Positions 17,625 through 25,839 of a DNA stretch of 64,000 bases are shown here, piece after piece (within the stretch, counting starts at the first letter, position 1; every line of letters starts with the position of its first letter). The DNA is from a virus. The DNA is taken from the IMG/VR virus record IMGVR_UViG_3300037258_000161, positions 1-64,000 of that record, one strand, 5' to 3'. The position numbers and the translations under genes are program-made. The notes beneath the pieces are model-generated. The model worked only from the letters and a program-made list of their open reading frames with translations. It searched no databases and had not been told where the DNA came from.

Positions 17625-18170
17625 CGCTCTGGCCAGGCATCTGACCTGCGGAAACGCCGCCCTGAGGCTGTTCCTGGCCAGGCTCTCCCGATAGGCTTGA
17701 CCCATCTCACCCGCCCACGACGTCGGACTTCCCCATGCTCTCTCTCGCCCTCGCGTTCCCCCTCGCTGCCCATCCCCGCCGTACAGCCCGGCGGGCCCGT
17801 GCAGTTGAACAGGCCCGGTCTGCGGCCCACGTGTGCGGGACTGAATCCCGGGTGCCGGTCCGCACCGGGGACGGGACGGGGACATGGGCCTGCCCGTGCC
17901 TGACGGGTCCGCACAGGGTGCTGGCAGTCGAGCGTGGATTAGTGCGGCGGGCCGGATTCGAACCTGCTCGCGACGGCGTGAGCCGCCCTCCTTCCCCGCG
18001 GGCTTAGCCGGTCCTTCGCCCTTGGCGCCTTCGGGGCGGGTGATCCGGCAGCCTATGACACCCTCGGGGTTATCCCTAGCCAGGGGCCGCGCTACGTGCG
18101 ATCGGTGACCGGGCTGGGTCTGTCCAGCCGTGAGGCCCCAGCCAGCCCGGCCCCGGCGAATCGCGCGCCA
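17625..18170 (-). ncRNA. candidate large structured ncRNA containing a tRNA-like module
   Basis: TG-TAGAAT -10 at 18177-18182; no credible CDS; successive hairpins; GCAGG-TTCGAAT-CCGGC T-arm at 17951-17967. The 3' end is uncertain. Confidence 0.5.
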
Positions 18171-18335
18171 GCCTTCATTCTACAGGGCGTGACCATTTTC
18201 GACTGGCTCGAACACGAAGTGTCACGTCCCCGGTAAGATGTTCGGGTACATACGGCGCTGCCAGCGGAGCGGTGAACTCCACTGGCAGCTAGGCCGTTCA
18301 CCGCACCCCGTTGAAAGCACGGTGACGACGTCCCC

Positions 18336-19085
18336 ATGACGATACAGCCTGACGCGGGGACCACTCCGCTTGAGCGGTATCTCGCGGACATGGATGCCGA
18401 GAGGACACCTCGGCGCCCGAATACGCACAAGAACATGTGCCGCGGAGCCATGTGCACTGCGGATGTCCCGAATCTTGAGTTCGTGATCTTTGACGTCCTG
18501 GTAGCAGGCACCCGGAAGTGGGACGTCTGGAAGCTTTCCGAGAAGCTCCACGTGAGCGACAAGGTAGTACGCCGCACTCTGGCCCACCTGGTGGAGCACG
18601 GATGGCTAGTGGCCAGCAAGCCGCCGTGGGAGACGAAGCCAGGCCTTGACTGCACCTGCCCGGGCCGCAGATGGCGCGGGCGCACCCAGGATCGGCGTCC
18701 CCCGCCGGACGGCATTGAGAACAATGGCCGGACGGCCCTGTACCGGCTCTACGATGCCGAGGATCGCCTGCTCTACGTGGGGATCACCGACGTCCTGGCC
18801 GCCAGGATGCGGCAGCACGCGAAGGAGCAGCAGTGGTGGCCGGAGGTCGCCCGGCAGACCGTGGCGTGGTACGACGAGCGCGCCAAGGCGGACCTAGCCG
18901 AGACGCTTGCTGTCGCGGCCGAGAAGCCTCTCCACAACAAGGCCAAGCTCTACTCGCCGGCGCCCGCAGCCGACTTTGAGTGGATGAGGCAAATCTCCGT
19001 GACCTGTATCGGCTGCGACGCCAGGGCCCGGCGGGGGTGCCGGACTTGCTGGGAGCACGCTGAGCTTGAGTTGAGGACCGCCTAG
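18336..19085 (+). CDS. wHTH + GIY-YIG domain protein
   Basis: LSEKLHVSDKVVRRTLAHLVEHGWL (wHTH); TALYRLYD...LLYVGIT...R..QH...E...I/V..EKPLHN (GIY-YIG). Confidence 0.8.
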   Translation: MTIQPDAGTTPLERYLADMDAERTPRRPNTHKNMCRGAMCTADVPNLEFVIFDVLVAGTRKWDVWKLSEKLHVSDKVVRRTLAHLVEHGWLVASKPPWETKPGLDCTCPGRRWRGRTQDRRPPPDGIENNGRTALYRLYDAEDRLLYVGITDVLAARMRQHAKEQQWWPEVARQTVAWYDERAKADLAETLAVAAEKPLHNKAKLYSPAPAADFEWMRQISVTCIGCDARARRGCRTCWEHAELELRTA

Positions 19086-19208
19086 GGGGACCGCGTTCGT
19101 TCCCGTCTGGGCTCTCCCCCGTCCTGCTCCCGATGAGTCCTGGAAGGTGTGGGCACCGGGGACGACCGGGGCCGAGGTGAACGCACCTAGTGATGGGAGA
19201 CTGGCCGT

Positions 19209-19520
19209 ATGACGAACGCTGCCATTGAGGGTTCCGAGTGGGTAAGGCTCGGCCCGGCCACCCAGGCTGTCACGCCGATCCTCGCCTGTAAGGGCTGCGG
19301 CGCCACCAAGACGCAACTGACCGCCGATCCCACGGACGTCTTCCCCTCGGAGCACTGCGGCGAGTGCCCTCCATGGATCTGCCAGACGTGCGGAGGGATG
19401 GACTCGGCGACGGAGCATTGCCCGTGCTGGACCGACCTGACGACGATGCCGCTGGCCGACCAGAAGGCCATCTTCGCCACTGACGGCGGCTTCAATATCG
19501 GCGGGAGGATGGACACGTGA
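19209..19520 (+). CDS. Cys-rich (multi-CxxC) protein
   Basis: CKGC, CGEC, CQTC, CPC. Confidence 0.65.
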   Translation: MTNAAIEGSEWVRLGPATQAVTPILACKGCGATKTQLTADPTDVFPSEHCGECPPWICQTCGGMDSATEHCPCWTDLTTMPLADQKAIFATDGGFNIGGRMDT

Positions 19521-19578
19521 GCGAGGACGAGACCCAGGCCATCATCGACTGGCTCCGCAGTCACAGGGGAACGGGTTC

Positions 19579-19791
19579 ATGAAGATACGCGACCGGGTGC
19601 TCCGGGGTTTCGGCTACCTCACCCTTGACCCGTCGCCGCGACTGCGCAGGCTGCGCGAGCGGGCACAGGACGACATGCTTGTCCGTGCCGGCCAGCATGT
19701 GGGGCCGTTGCCGCCACTCCCAGACAGCGCCTACGGGCCTGATGCGGTCCCGCTGGACCTCTCAGGCGTACCGCGTCGCCCTTCCCTGTAA
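19579..19791 (+). CDS. small hypothetical protein
   Basis: Coupled through a 21-codon ORF (19517-19582). Confidence 0.45.
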   Translation: MKIRDRVLRGFGYLTLDPSPRLRRLRERAQDDMLVRAGQHVGPLPPLPDSAYGPDAVPLDLSGVPRRPSL

Positions 19792-19898
19792 GCCTTCCCG
19801 CCGTGGCTGCCGTACCTGCCAGGACTGCCCGGCACCGGAGATCAGCAATGGGAGACTGACCGCATGAGCGCTGGCCAGCAAGACGCCGCCACAGTGCC

Positions 19899-20192
19899 AT
19901 GATCCCCGTAGGCGAACGCATCCTCCTGCAAGTGCGATGGACGGACTGCACGAACGTGGCCGGCGGCTGGCATGACGCCGAAGACCTGGAGCACTTCGCC
20001 ACCAGTGGGGCCTGGGAATGCTCCAATACCGGCTGGCTGGTCTGGGAGGACGACAAGTGCTACGTGCTGGCGGCCCGGATGACGGACGACGGGAAGAATG
20101 TCGGGCTGGTTGAGCGGATACCGAAGTCTGCCGTCACGGACAAGCAGGTCGTCACTGTAAGCAGCAGCGGCGATGGGAGACTGACCGCGTGA
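19899..20192 (+). CDS. small conserved phage protein (all-beta pattern)
   Basis: V.W.D....GW...C...GWL..E.....VL...IP...V pattern. Confidence 0.65.
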   Translation: MIPVGERILLQVRWTDCTNVAGGWHDAEDLEHFATSGAWECSNTGWLVWEDDKCYVLAARMTDDGKNVGLVERIPKSAVTDKQVVTVSSSGDGRLTA

Positions 20193-20437
20193 GCACCGAG
20201 TTCGTCTGCACTCCCTGCCGTCTGCGCCAGCCCGGTAGTCACGGCTGCCAGGATCTCGCCTGCACCTGCTGCTATGGCGACGTCTGGCGAGAGCAACTGT
20301 GCCGCGAGGCGGACTGCTGGGCCGCCGACCGGCCGCAGCACATCCACTCCCCGTGGGGTGGCTACCACATCGACATGGTCAACGACAAGGGCGAGACAGT
20401 GGAGCGCATCCCGCGCGAACGTACGGCCCAAGCCTGA
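20189..20437 (+). CDS. Cys/His-rich small protein
   Basis: GTGA-coupled; CxxC, CxCC, HxH. Confidence 0.55.
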   Translation: MSTEFVCTPCRLRQPGSHGCQDLACTCCYGDVWREQLCREADCWAADRPQHIHSPWGGYHIDMVNDKGETVERIPRERTAQA

Positions 20438-20613
20438 TGGCGATCAATCCCGTGCGGCTCGTGCTCGGTCCGCCGTGCATCGACCACGATCCCGGCTGGG
20501 CCGAACGGGTCGGCGCTATCGGCTACCCGGACGCGGAGGCCGTCAGCGAACTGGCCCCAGACATGCCAAACGACCCCGGCCAGCCGCCCAGCCCAGAAGG
20601 GCCGGAAGGCTGA
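20437..20613 (+). CDS. small hypothetical protein
   Basis: TGATG-coupled. Confidence 0.45.
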   Translation: MAINPVRLVLGPPCIDHDPGWAERVGAIGYPDAEAVSELAPDMPNDPGQPPSPEGPEG

Positions 20614-20645
20614 CCGGGGTCAGGTTCAGGTAGAGCGGCTGGTGC

Positions 20646-20903
20646 CTACATCTTCGCCGCCGCGGGTTTCGCGTCAGCCTCAAGCCTCGGGATTTCCTTC
20701 ACGAGGTACCCCGCGATCCCCCCTGCCGCTATCCCGATCACGGCAGACACGGTCCCTGCCTCGGTAGCGGTCTCATGCAGGCCGAGACGTGTCACTGCCA
20801 GCGCCACGATGAGCGTCAGGACGTTGGCGACCACAGCGGCGATGAGTTTGCGGTTGGGGACCCAGCTTGCGGGGGGCGGGGATGGCGGTGCGGTTGTGGT
20901 CAT
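20646..20903 (-). CDS. holin-like two-TM protein
   Basis: PNRKL + two hydrophobic helices + GYLVKE; last gene of the late operon; AGGAGG SD. Confidence 0.7.
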   Translation of the reverse strand: MTTTAPPSPPPASWVPNRKLIAAVVANVLTLIVALAVTRLGLHETATEAGTVSAVIGIAAGGIAGYLVKEIPRLEADAKPAAAKM

Positions 20904-20945
20904 GGATCACCCTCCTGACGTGCGGAAACGTGGGACAATGGATGG

Positions 20946-21311
20946 GTGACCGAGTTGGCGACTAGGTGGGGCGACTATGTGTTCAGGCGCCTGGCCGACC
21001 TGACGCGTGGCGACGGCAAGGACGACTGGGATGGCCAGTGGCCGTCGCCCGTCACCATCGGCTCGGCGGGGAGGTGGGCTACCGAGACCTTCCCGGGCGA
21101 TGCGCCGACGCCCTCAGTCGTCCCGACCGAGGAAGGCTTCGTGGCCTTCGTCTGGCGCAAGGGCGGCTGGGACATTGAGGTCGAGGTTGACCGGGAAAGT
21201 CACGCCGAGGTGTGGTTCCATCGCAGCGACGACGGCACCAACGAGTCCGGCTCGCTGGACGGGCACCGCGACCGGCTGCGGGACCTGCTCAGCGAACTAG
21301 GGCGCACCTAA
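20946..21311 (+). CDS. hypothetical protein (antisense moron)
   Basis: GACAAT -10 six nt before GTG; WDG..P...P...PT.EG....W pattern. Confidence 0.65.
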   Translation: MTELATRWGDYVFRRLADLTRGDGKDDWDGQWPSPVTIGSAGRWATETFPGDAPTPSVVPTEEGFVAFVWRKGGWDIEVEVDRESHAEVWFHRSDDGTNESGSLDGHRDRLRDLLSELGRT

Positions 21312-21415
21312 GTGGTGACCGGGCCATTCCCGTCCTCGCTGCCGCCCTTGTAACTCACCGCCGTTGCAGTGAGCGACGCGGGGAACGGTGAACCGTGGCA
21401 TCCCCGTGCAGTGCC

Positions 21416-22228
21416 TCATGCCGGCACCCTCAGAACCGCGCCAGCGGGGACAGGCAAGGTCGCGGGGATGCGGCCTTCAAATACGGCATTGAGCCAGGTG
21501 GCCACGTCGGGCTCGAACTTCCCGTCGTGGTTGGCAGTCCTGCGGATGATCCCGGCCGGTGTCCACCCCGGATGCCTCCCGCACAGTGCGGTCAGCGACG
21601 TCTTGCCGTCGCTGGTCCAGTTCTGCTCGCTCACCGCTGCCACTGGTCCCTCCCCAGGACGCCACTGCCCGAAGTCTGCCGTCACGGCCTCGTCGAGGTC
21701 CACGGCCTGGTTCCCGACGCTCTTGTTGATCGCCGTCTGGCGGATCTGCGCCCCGGGATGCCACTTCCCGCCCGACCAGGCGAGGGTCTGGAACGCCCAC
21801 TTGCAGACACCTTTCCCCAGTGCCGCCGTGACGACCGCCAGCCCCCCGTAGACGCCCGTGGCGTCCTTCCCCAGCACTGAGGCGGCACCGCGGAGGCAGT
21901 CCAGCACGGCGGGGATCTGGCCCGGCTGGGCGTCGAAGTCGCACCCGAGGTAGACGGGGCGTCCTGCGGGCATCCCGGCGTCTCGGCCGAGCTTCAGGGC
22001 GGTCCTGGCCGCGGCCTGACCGGCGTCAGCGCCGCCGAGCATCCACGTCGCCGGTCCCTCGTAGACGCTGGCGATCCACAGTCCCGCTGACGCGAGGGCG
22101 GTGGCCTCGCCGTGGCTGATGCCCTTGGCGCCGCCGTCCAGGTAGCGGATCACGAACCTGTAGCCAGCGGCGTGGATGGCTCCGGGGCTGGGTCTCGAGA
22201 AGCTGTAGTCGACGCCCTGGGTGCTCAC
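21416..22228 (-). CDS. endolysin, DUF1906/Rv2525c-like glycoside hydrolase + C-terminal binding domain
   Basis: GVDYS..RP, GYRFVIRYL, VYE, YLGCDFD, GVYGG, QTLAWSGG, VDLD; AAGGAGG SD before GTG. Confidence 0.85.
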   Translation of the reverse strand: MSTQGVDYSFSRPSPGAIHAAGYRFVIRYLDGGAKGISHGEATALASAGLWIASVYEGPATWMLGGADAGQAAARTALKLGRDAGMPAGRPVYLGCDFDAQPGQIPAVLDCLRGAASVLGKDATGVYGGLAVVTAALGKGVCKWAFQTLAWSGGKWHPGAQIRQTAINKSVGNQAVDLDEAVTADFGQWRPGEGPVAAVSEQNWTSDGKTSLTALCGRHPGWTPAGIIRRTANHDGKFEPDVATWLNAVFEGRIPATLPVPAGAVLRVPA

Positions 22229-22521
22229 GGTGCCTCCTTGGCTTTGTGGGCACGGTGCATGGCCAGGATGTGGTGATGGGTGGGCTTGCCGTCCGGGTGA
22301 TGCTTGCGGCAGACGACGTACGTGGTGCCCTCGACGTGCTGCCTGCCGATCCGCCAGCACCCTCGGACGTGGCAGTTCACGCGGTGCCAGCCGGCGAAGA
22401 TCGCGCCGAGCAGGGCGACCTCGCCTATGTCGCTGCCGAAGCCGCTCCAAAATCCGTAATACGGGCCAGGTTCGTTGACCGTCCCGGTGTGGACGGCCAG
22501 CCAGTGGAGGAACCAGTTCAC
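22225..22521 (-). CDS. membrane protein with CH..GC.R...C.KH motif
   Basis: GTGA-coupled at both ends, in the lysis cassette. Confidence 0.65.
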   Translation of the reverse strand: MNWFLHWLAVHTGTVNEPGPYYGFWSGFGSDIGEVALLGAIFAGWHRVNCHVRGCWRIGRQHVEGTTYVVCRKHHPDGKPTHHHILAMHRAHKAKEAP

Positions 22522-22688
22522 ATGCGCTTCGCGGTCTGGATGAGCGGCACTGCGATCCAGAACAGCAGGCCGAGCGGCACGAGGACGCCCAGCACCCACG
22601 CCGAGGGCTCACGCAGCTTCGGCGCCAGCACCGCGAACAGGAAGCAGGCAGCACCGAGCAGCAGCAGGATGAAGTAGATCTTCTCCAC
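22518..22688 (-). CDS. 56-aa two-TM protein (holin-like; not in ORF track)
   Basis: GGAGG SD; MEKIYFILLLLGAACFLFAVLAPKLREPSAWVLGVLVPLGLLFWIAVPLIQTAKRM. Confidence 0.7.
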   Translation of the reverse strand: MEKIYFILLLLGAACFLFAVLAPKLREPSAWVLGVLVPLGLLFWIAVPLIQTAKRM

Positions 22689-22701
22689 GGGGACCTCCAG
22701 G

Positions 22702-23121
22702 TCAGATGAAGCTGGCGGCGAAGCACAGGCCAGCAGCGATGAGCAGGATCCCGAATGTCTGCACCCACGCCAGGAGTCCGCGTTCCGGCCTCAGCCAGCT
22801 GATGGCCCCGGCGACGATGGCCACGAGCGCCAGCGACGGGCCGAGGGCCGCGAGGCCGTGCGCCAGCAGGTACGGCAGGGCCGGGACGACACAGGCCGCC
22901 AGTGCCGCCGCACCGTTGGCGAGTGCTGGCCAGTAGCCCGCATCGCTGTCGGACAGGTAGGCCCCGGCACTCATGCCAACGAGTTCGGCCAGGCCGGCAC
23001 CGATAGCGGCGTGGACCAGTGCGTCAGGGTGGCCGGTCAGGCTCACGACCAGGCCGAGCGCCAGGACGAGGCCGTCTGCCGCGCCGAACGTGGCCTGCTT
23101 GCGGAGGATGGTGGGCGTCAC
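22702..23121 (-). CDS. VIT1/CCC1-like membrane protein (minimal)
   Basis: FGAADG, GMSAGAYLS and PALPY signature motifs; no cytoplasmic insert. Confidence 0.75.
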   Translation of the reverse strand: MTPTILRKQATFGAADGLVLALGLVVSLTGHPDALVHAAIGAGLAELVGMSAGAYLSDSDAGYWPALANGAAALAACVVPALPYLLAHGLAALGPSLALVAIVAGAISWLRPERGLLAWVQTFGILLIAAGLCFAASFI

Positions 23122-23603
23122 GGCTTGATGCGGTAGGCACGTTCACAGTTGCGCGACGCCCAGCCCACGGCGATCTCGGCGCGGGCGTGCGCGAGGTAGG
23201 CACGCGCGGCCGGGGTCGCATGCGCCGGGGTGCGCAGGATGCCGTTCAGGACGCTCTCCTGCCGTGCCAGGCGCACATTGTTGGCCTGGCACCCGGCCAG
23301 GTTGGAGGCATGCACATCCTGCACGGTGGCCGCGTTGCGCTTCGCCGCCGCGATGGCGTTCCGCTCGCCGTGGAGCGCGACGAACGCGACCGTCGTGGCG
23401 GTGACGTCCAGCAGGAGCCCGACGACGGCGATGATGATCAGGATCCTGTTGAGCCGCCCGTACCGCGCGAGGGCGGCGTCCCGTTCCTCGCTGCCGGTCT
23501 TGACCTCATCCAGCCGGGAACTGAGCCCGTTCACGGACCCGGTGAGCGCCCGGGCCGCGTCGAGGGCTTCCTGGTTGCGGCCGGGCGGCGTTGCGTGGCT
23601 CAT
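23118..23603 (-). CDS. single-TM membrane protein (lysis cassette)
   Basis: Central TM; two Cys in the outer coil. Confidence 0.65.
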   Translation of the reverse strand: MSHATPPGRNQEALDAARALTGSVNGLSSRLDEVKTGSEERDAALARYGRLNRILIIIAVVGLLLDVTATTVAFVALHGERNAIAAAKRNAATVQDVHASNLAGCQANNVRLARQESVLNGILRTPAHATPAARAYLAHARAEIAVGWASRNCERAYRIKP

Positions 23604-23755
23604 GACGGCGTCAGCTCCTCGGCCGGGGCGTCGGGGGCCGGGGGTGCGGCCGGTGCGAGGATGGCCTGCAGGGCGTCCACGCTGGCCCGCAGCTGGTCCA
23701 TCAGGGCGTCGGCGTCGGCGACGACCTTGCGTATCTCCGCGTCCTTACTGGCCAT
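23600..23755 (-). CDS. small coiled-coil protein
   Basis: MASKDAEIRKVV...; ATGA-coupled. Confidence 0.55.
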   Translation of the reverse strand: MASKDAEIRKVVADADALMDQLRASVDALQAILAPAAPPAPDAPAEELTPS

Positions 23756-24002
23756 CGGGATCACCTTCGCCGTCGAGCCCGGCGAGCTTGCCGAGAAGCC
23801 ACGCCATGCGCTGCGACTGGGTGATGGCCTCGGTGACGAGTTCCCGGATCTGCGCAGGGGACATGCCCTCCCCTTGCTTGGTGAAGGCGCTGGCGCTGAG
23901 GTCCGCAAGTTGCTGTGCGGTGGGCATGCCGGCTGCGCGCTCGCGGACCCGGGCAGCCATCAGGCGCGTCTCCTCGGAGATCTCATCTTCGGTCCCGGTC
24001 AC
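23745..24002 (-). CDS. hypothetical protein
   Basis: GGGAGG SD before GTG at 24002. Confidence 0.55.
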   Translation of the reverse strand: MTGTEDEISEETRLMAARVRERAAGMPTAQQLADLSASAFTKQGEGMSPAQIRELVTEAITQSQRMAWLLGKLAGLDGEGDPDGQ

Positions 24003-24369
24003 GGGCGCTGCCCTCCCGCCGCTCGCGGTCACGGACAAGTTCCTGCAGGAGTGGCAGGAGGCTCTGTGTCGCCGCGGTGAACGAGACCAGCATCGGGACG
24101 AGCTGATCTGTCGCGAGCTTCAGCGCCTCGTCTCGCTGGTCCTCGGCCTGCTTCTTCTCCGCGATGAGCCTGATGTTCTCCGCCACGAGGTCGCTGCGGG
24201 CGGCCGAGACGGAGTTGTTCATCACCGACTTGGGGACGATGTAGCCGAGCCCGAATAGGACAATTCCTACCCCAAGCGGCCCGAAGCCCAGAATGTAGGA
24301 GATCGCATCTCCGGTGACGGAGCCGACGGGCGTGACACTGGTGGCCAGGAGCCAGTAACCTGCCCACAC
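23983..24369 (-). CDS. membrane protein with coiled coil (lysis cassette)
   Basis: FGPLGVGIVLFGLGYIVP TM followed by a coil. Confidence 0.7.
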   Translation of the reverse strand: MWAGYWLLATSVTPVGSVTGDAISYILGFGPLGVGIVLFGLGYIVPKSVMNNSVSAARSDLVAENIRLIAEKKQAEDQRDEALKLATDQLVPMLVSFTAATQSLLPLLQELVRDRERREGSARDRDRR

Positions 24370-24489
24370 CAGCGCCCCCCGTCTTTTGGTTGTCCTGGTG
24401 TGCCTTACGGGGCCGGTATCCCGGGCCCGTCTCCCTCGTGTGCGCAGTTACCTCACGTCACCGGATGACTACAGCTAGCATCGGGGCGC

Positions 24490-25839
24490 ATGAGTGCCAT
24501 GATGCTGCGCAGGGACCACGCAGCCGCCAGGACTGCCCGCTGCGGCAGGGGAACGCTGTGGCAGGCCCGCATCGTCTGCCTGTCGGCCTTCGGGCCCTAC
24601 GTGACGGGCAGCGCGCGCACCGAGCAGATCGCGGTGTTCGGCCTGCTCGCGCTGATCCTGATCTCCGGATGGCCGCGGATCGTGAACGCAGGGACGGTCC
24701 CGCCGGTGCCGTTCCTGGTGACCTGGGGCGGCCTGTACGCGGTCATGCTGATCTCTACCGTGTGGCGCCCGTTCGATCCCGGGTTCTACGGCGCGCAGCC
24801 CGTCTCCCACTCGCTCTCGGCCCTCGCGCTGCCTGGCGCCCTGATGGTCATCACGTGGTACTGGTCACTGCGGGCCGGGGCGGTTGCGCTGATCCGCGCG
24901 GTGGCCCCGCTGATCACCGGGGGAATGAGCGTGAACACGCTCATCGAGCTGGCCCAGGTCTCGGCGGGGAAAGCGGCGGTGAGCGGTCTCCTGCCGCACT
25001 TCTGGTCCGCTCCCGGGCAGGCTGTCACAGTCGCCGCGAACGCCGCGCAGAACGGCCGGTACACCGGGATCTTCGACCAGCCCGCGGAGGCCGGCATCGC
25101 CTACGGGGTGGCGCTGCTGTGCGTGATCTGGCTGGCCCGGCGCGGGGTGACCCGTCTTCCGGTGACCGTGATCGCGGGCGTCCTGGTGACCGCCGGCGGG
25201 GTCCTGACGCTGTCGAAGGTGTTCCTGCTGGCCGCTATTCCCGTTGCGGTGGTGACGGTGCTGCGCGGCCCGGCGAGGATCCGGGCTGTCCTGGTGACGT
25301 CCGCATCGGCGGCGGTGCTGTGGGCGGCCGGTTCGGCGGGGATGCTTCCCGCGTGGCACCTGGGCGGTGTGGCGCTGGGGAGTCTCGCGCACCCGGGCAG
25401 TTCCCTGGCGTCGCAGTACACCGGGGGCCGGTATGGCTCAGGGGGCACTCTCGGCCCTGTCGCGTCCGATGTGCTGCACGCTTCCCCGTGGGCCGGTTTC
25501 GGCGCCGGGGGGCTGAACGCGGCCTACGATTCGCTGTGGCTGGAAGTGCTCGCGGTCAGCGGGGTCCTGGGCGTTGTCCTCGCCGCCGTCATGCTGGTCA
25601 TGCTGGCGTCGCGCTGGCTGGCGCTGAGGGCGTCGCTGGCGCTGCCGGAGTGGCATCTGGCGGGAGGCGTCCTGGCCCTCGCCGCCGGCGCGTCCCTGGG
25701 CATCCCGTCGCTGACGGCGAACCGTGCCGCCACATTGCTGTGGCTGATCCTCGGCGTGCTGATCACGGCACGATCAGGCGGCCCAGACTTCCATCACGGC
25801 CGGGCTGGCCTGGCTAGCGGGAATCGTCTTGCTGGCTGA
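24490..25839 (+). CDS. O-antigen ligase/Wzy-like polytopic membrane protein (antisense moron)
   Basis: About 11-12 TMs; RYTGIFDQP, LTLSK, PWAGFGAG...YDSLWLEVL...GVLG motifs; TAGCAT -10 before ATG. Confidence 0.75.
   Translation: MSAMMLRRDHAAARTARCGRGTLWQARIVCLSAFGPYVTGSARTEQIAVFGLLALILISGWPRIVNAGTVPPVPFLVTWGGLYAVMLISTVWRPFDPGFYGAQPVSHSLSALALPGALMVITWYWSLRAGAVALIRAVAPLITGGMSVNTLIELAQVSAGKAAVSGLLPHFWSAPGQAVTVAANAAQNGRYTGIFDQPAEAGIAYGVALLCVIWLARRGVTRLPVTVIAGVLVTAGGVLTLSKVFLLAAIPVAVVTVLRGPARIRAVLVTSASAAVLWAAGSAGMLPAWHLGGVALGSLAHPGSSLASQYTGGRYGSGGTLGPVASDVLHASPWAGFGAGGLNAAYDSLWLEVLAVSGVLGVVLAAVMLVMLASRWLALRASLALPEWHLAGGVLALAAGASLGIPSLTANRAATLLWLILGVLITARSGGPDFHHGRAGLASGNRLAG

Larger units (their letters stand above)
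19193..20194 (+). repeat. three copies of ATGGGAGACTG(A/G)CCG(C/T)(A/G)TGA start-associated motif
   Basis: Copies at 19193, 19848 and 20173, each ending on a start codon (19209, 19864, 20189). Confidence 0.75.

Noticed and set aside
17720-17740. GGGGAAGTCCG resembling the RNase P RNA P4 motif
   Set aside because: No matching 3' partner motif found; the match is too short.
17939-18010. Canonical second tRNA gene or tmRNA
   Set aside because: No D-arm or anticodon arm at the correct spacing and no tag ORF seen; kept only as tRNA-like.
19190-20200. CRISPR array or integron attC array
   Set aside because: Only three repeats with gene-length spacing, no cas genes, no attC hairpin.
21300-21419. 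Small ORF coupled to the endolysin stop
   Set aside because: 40 codons, no recognisable features; overlaps the convergent gene.
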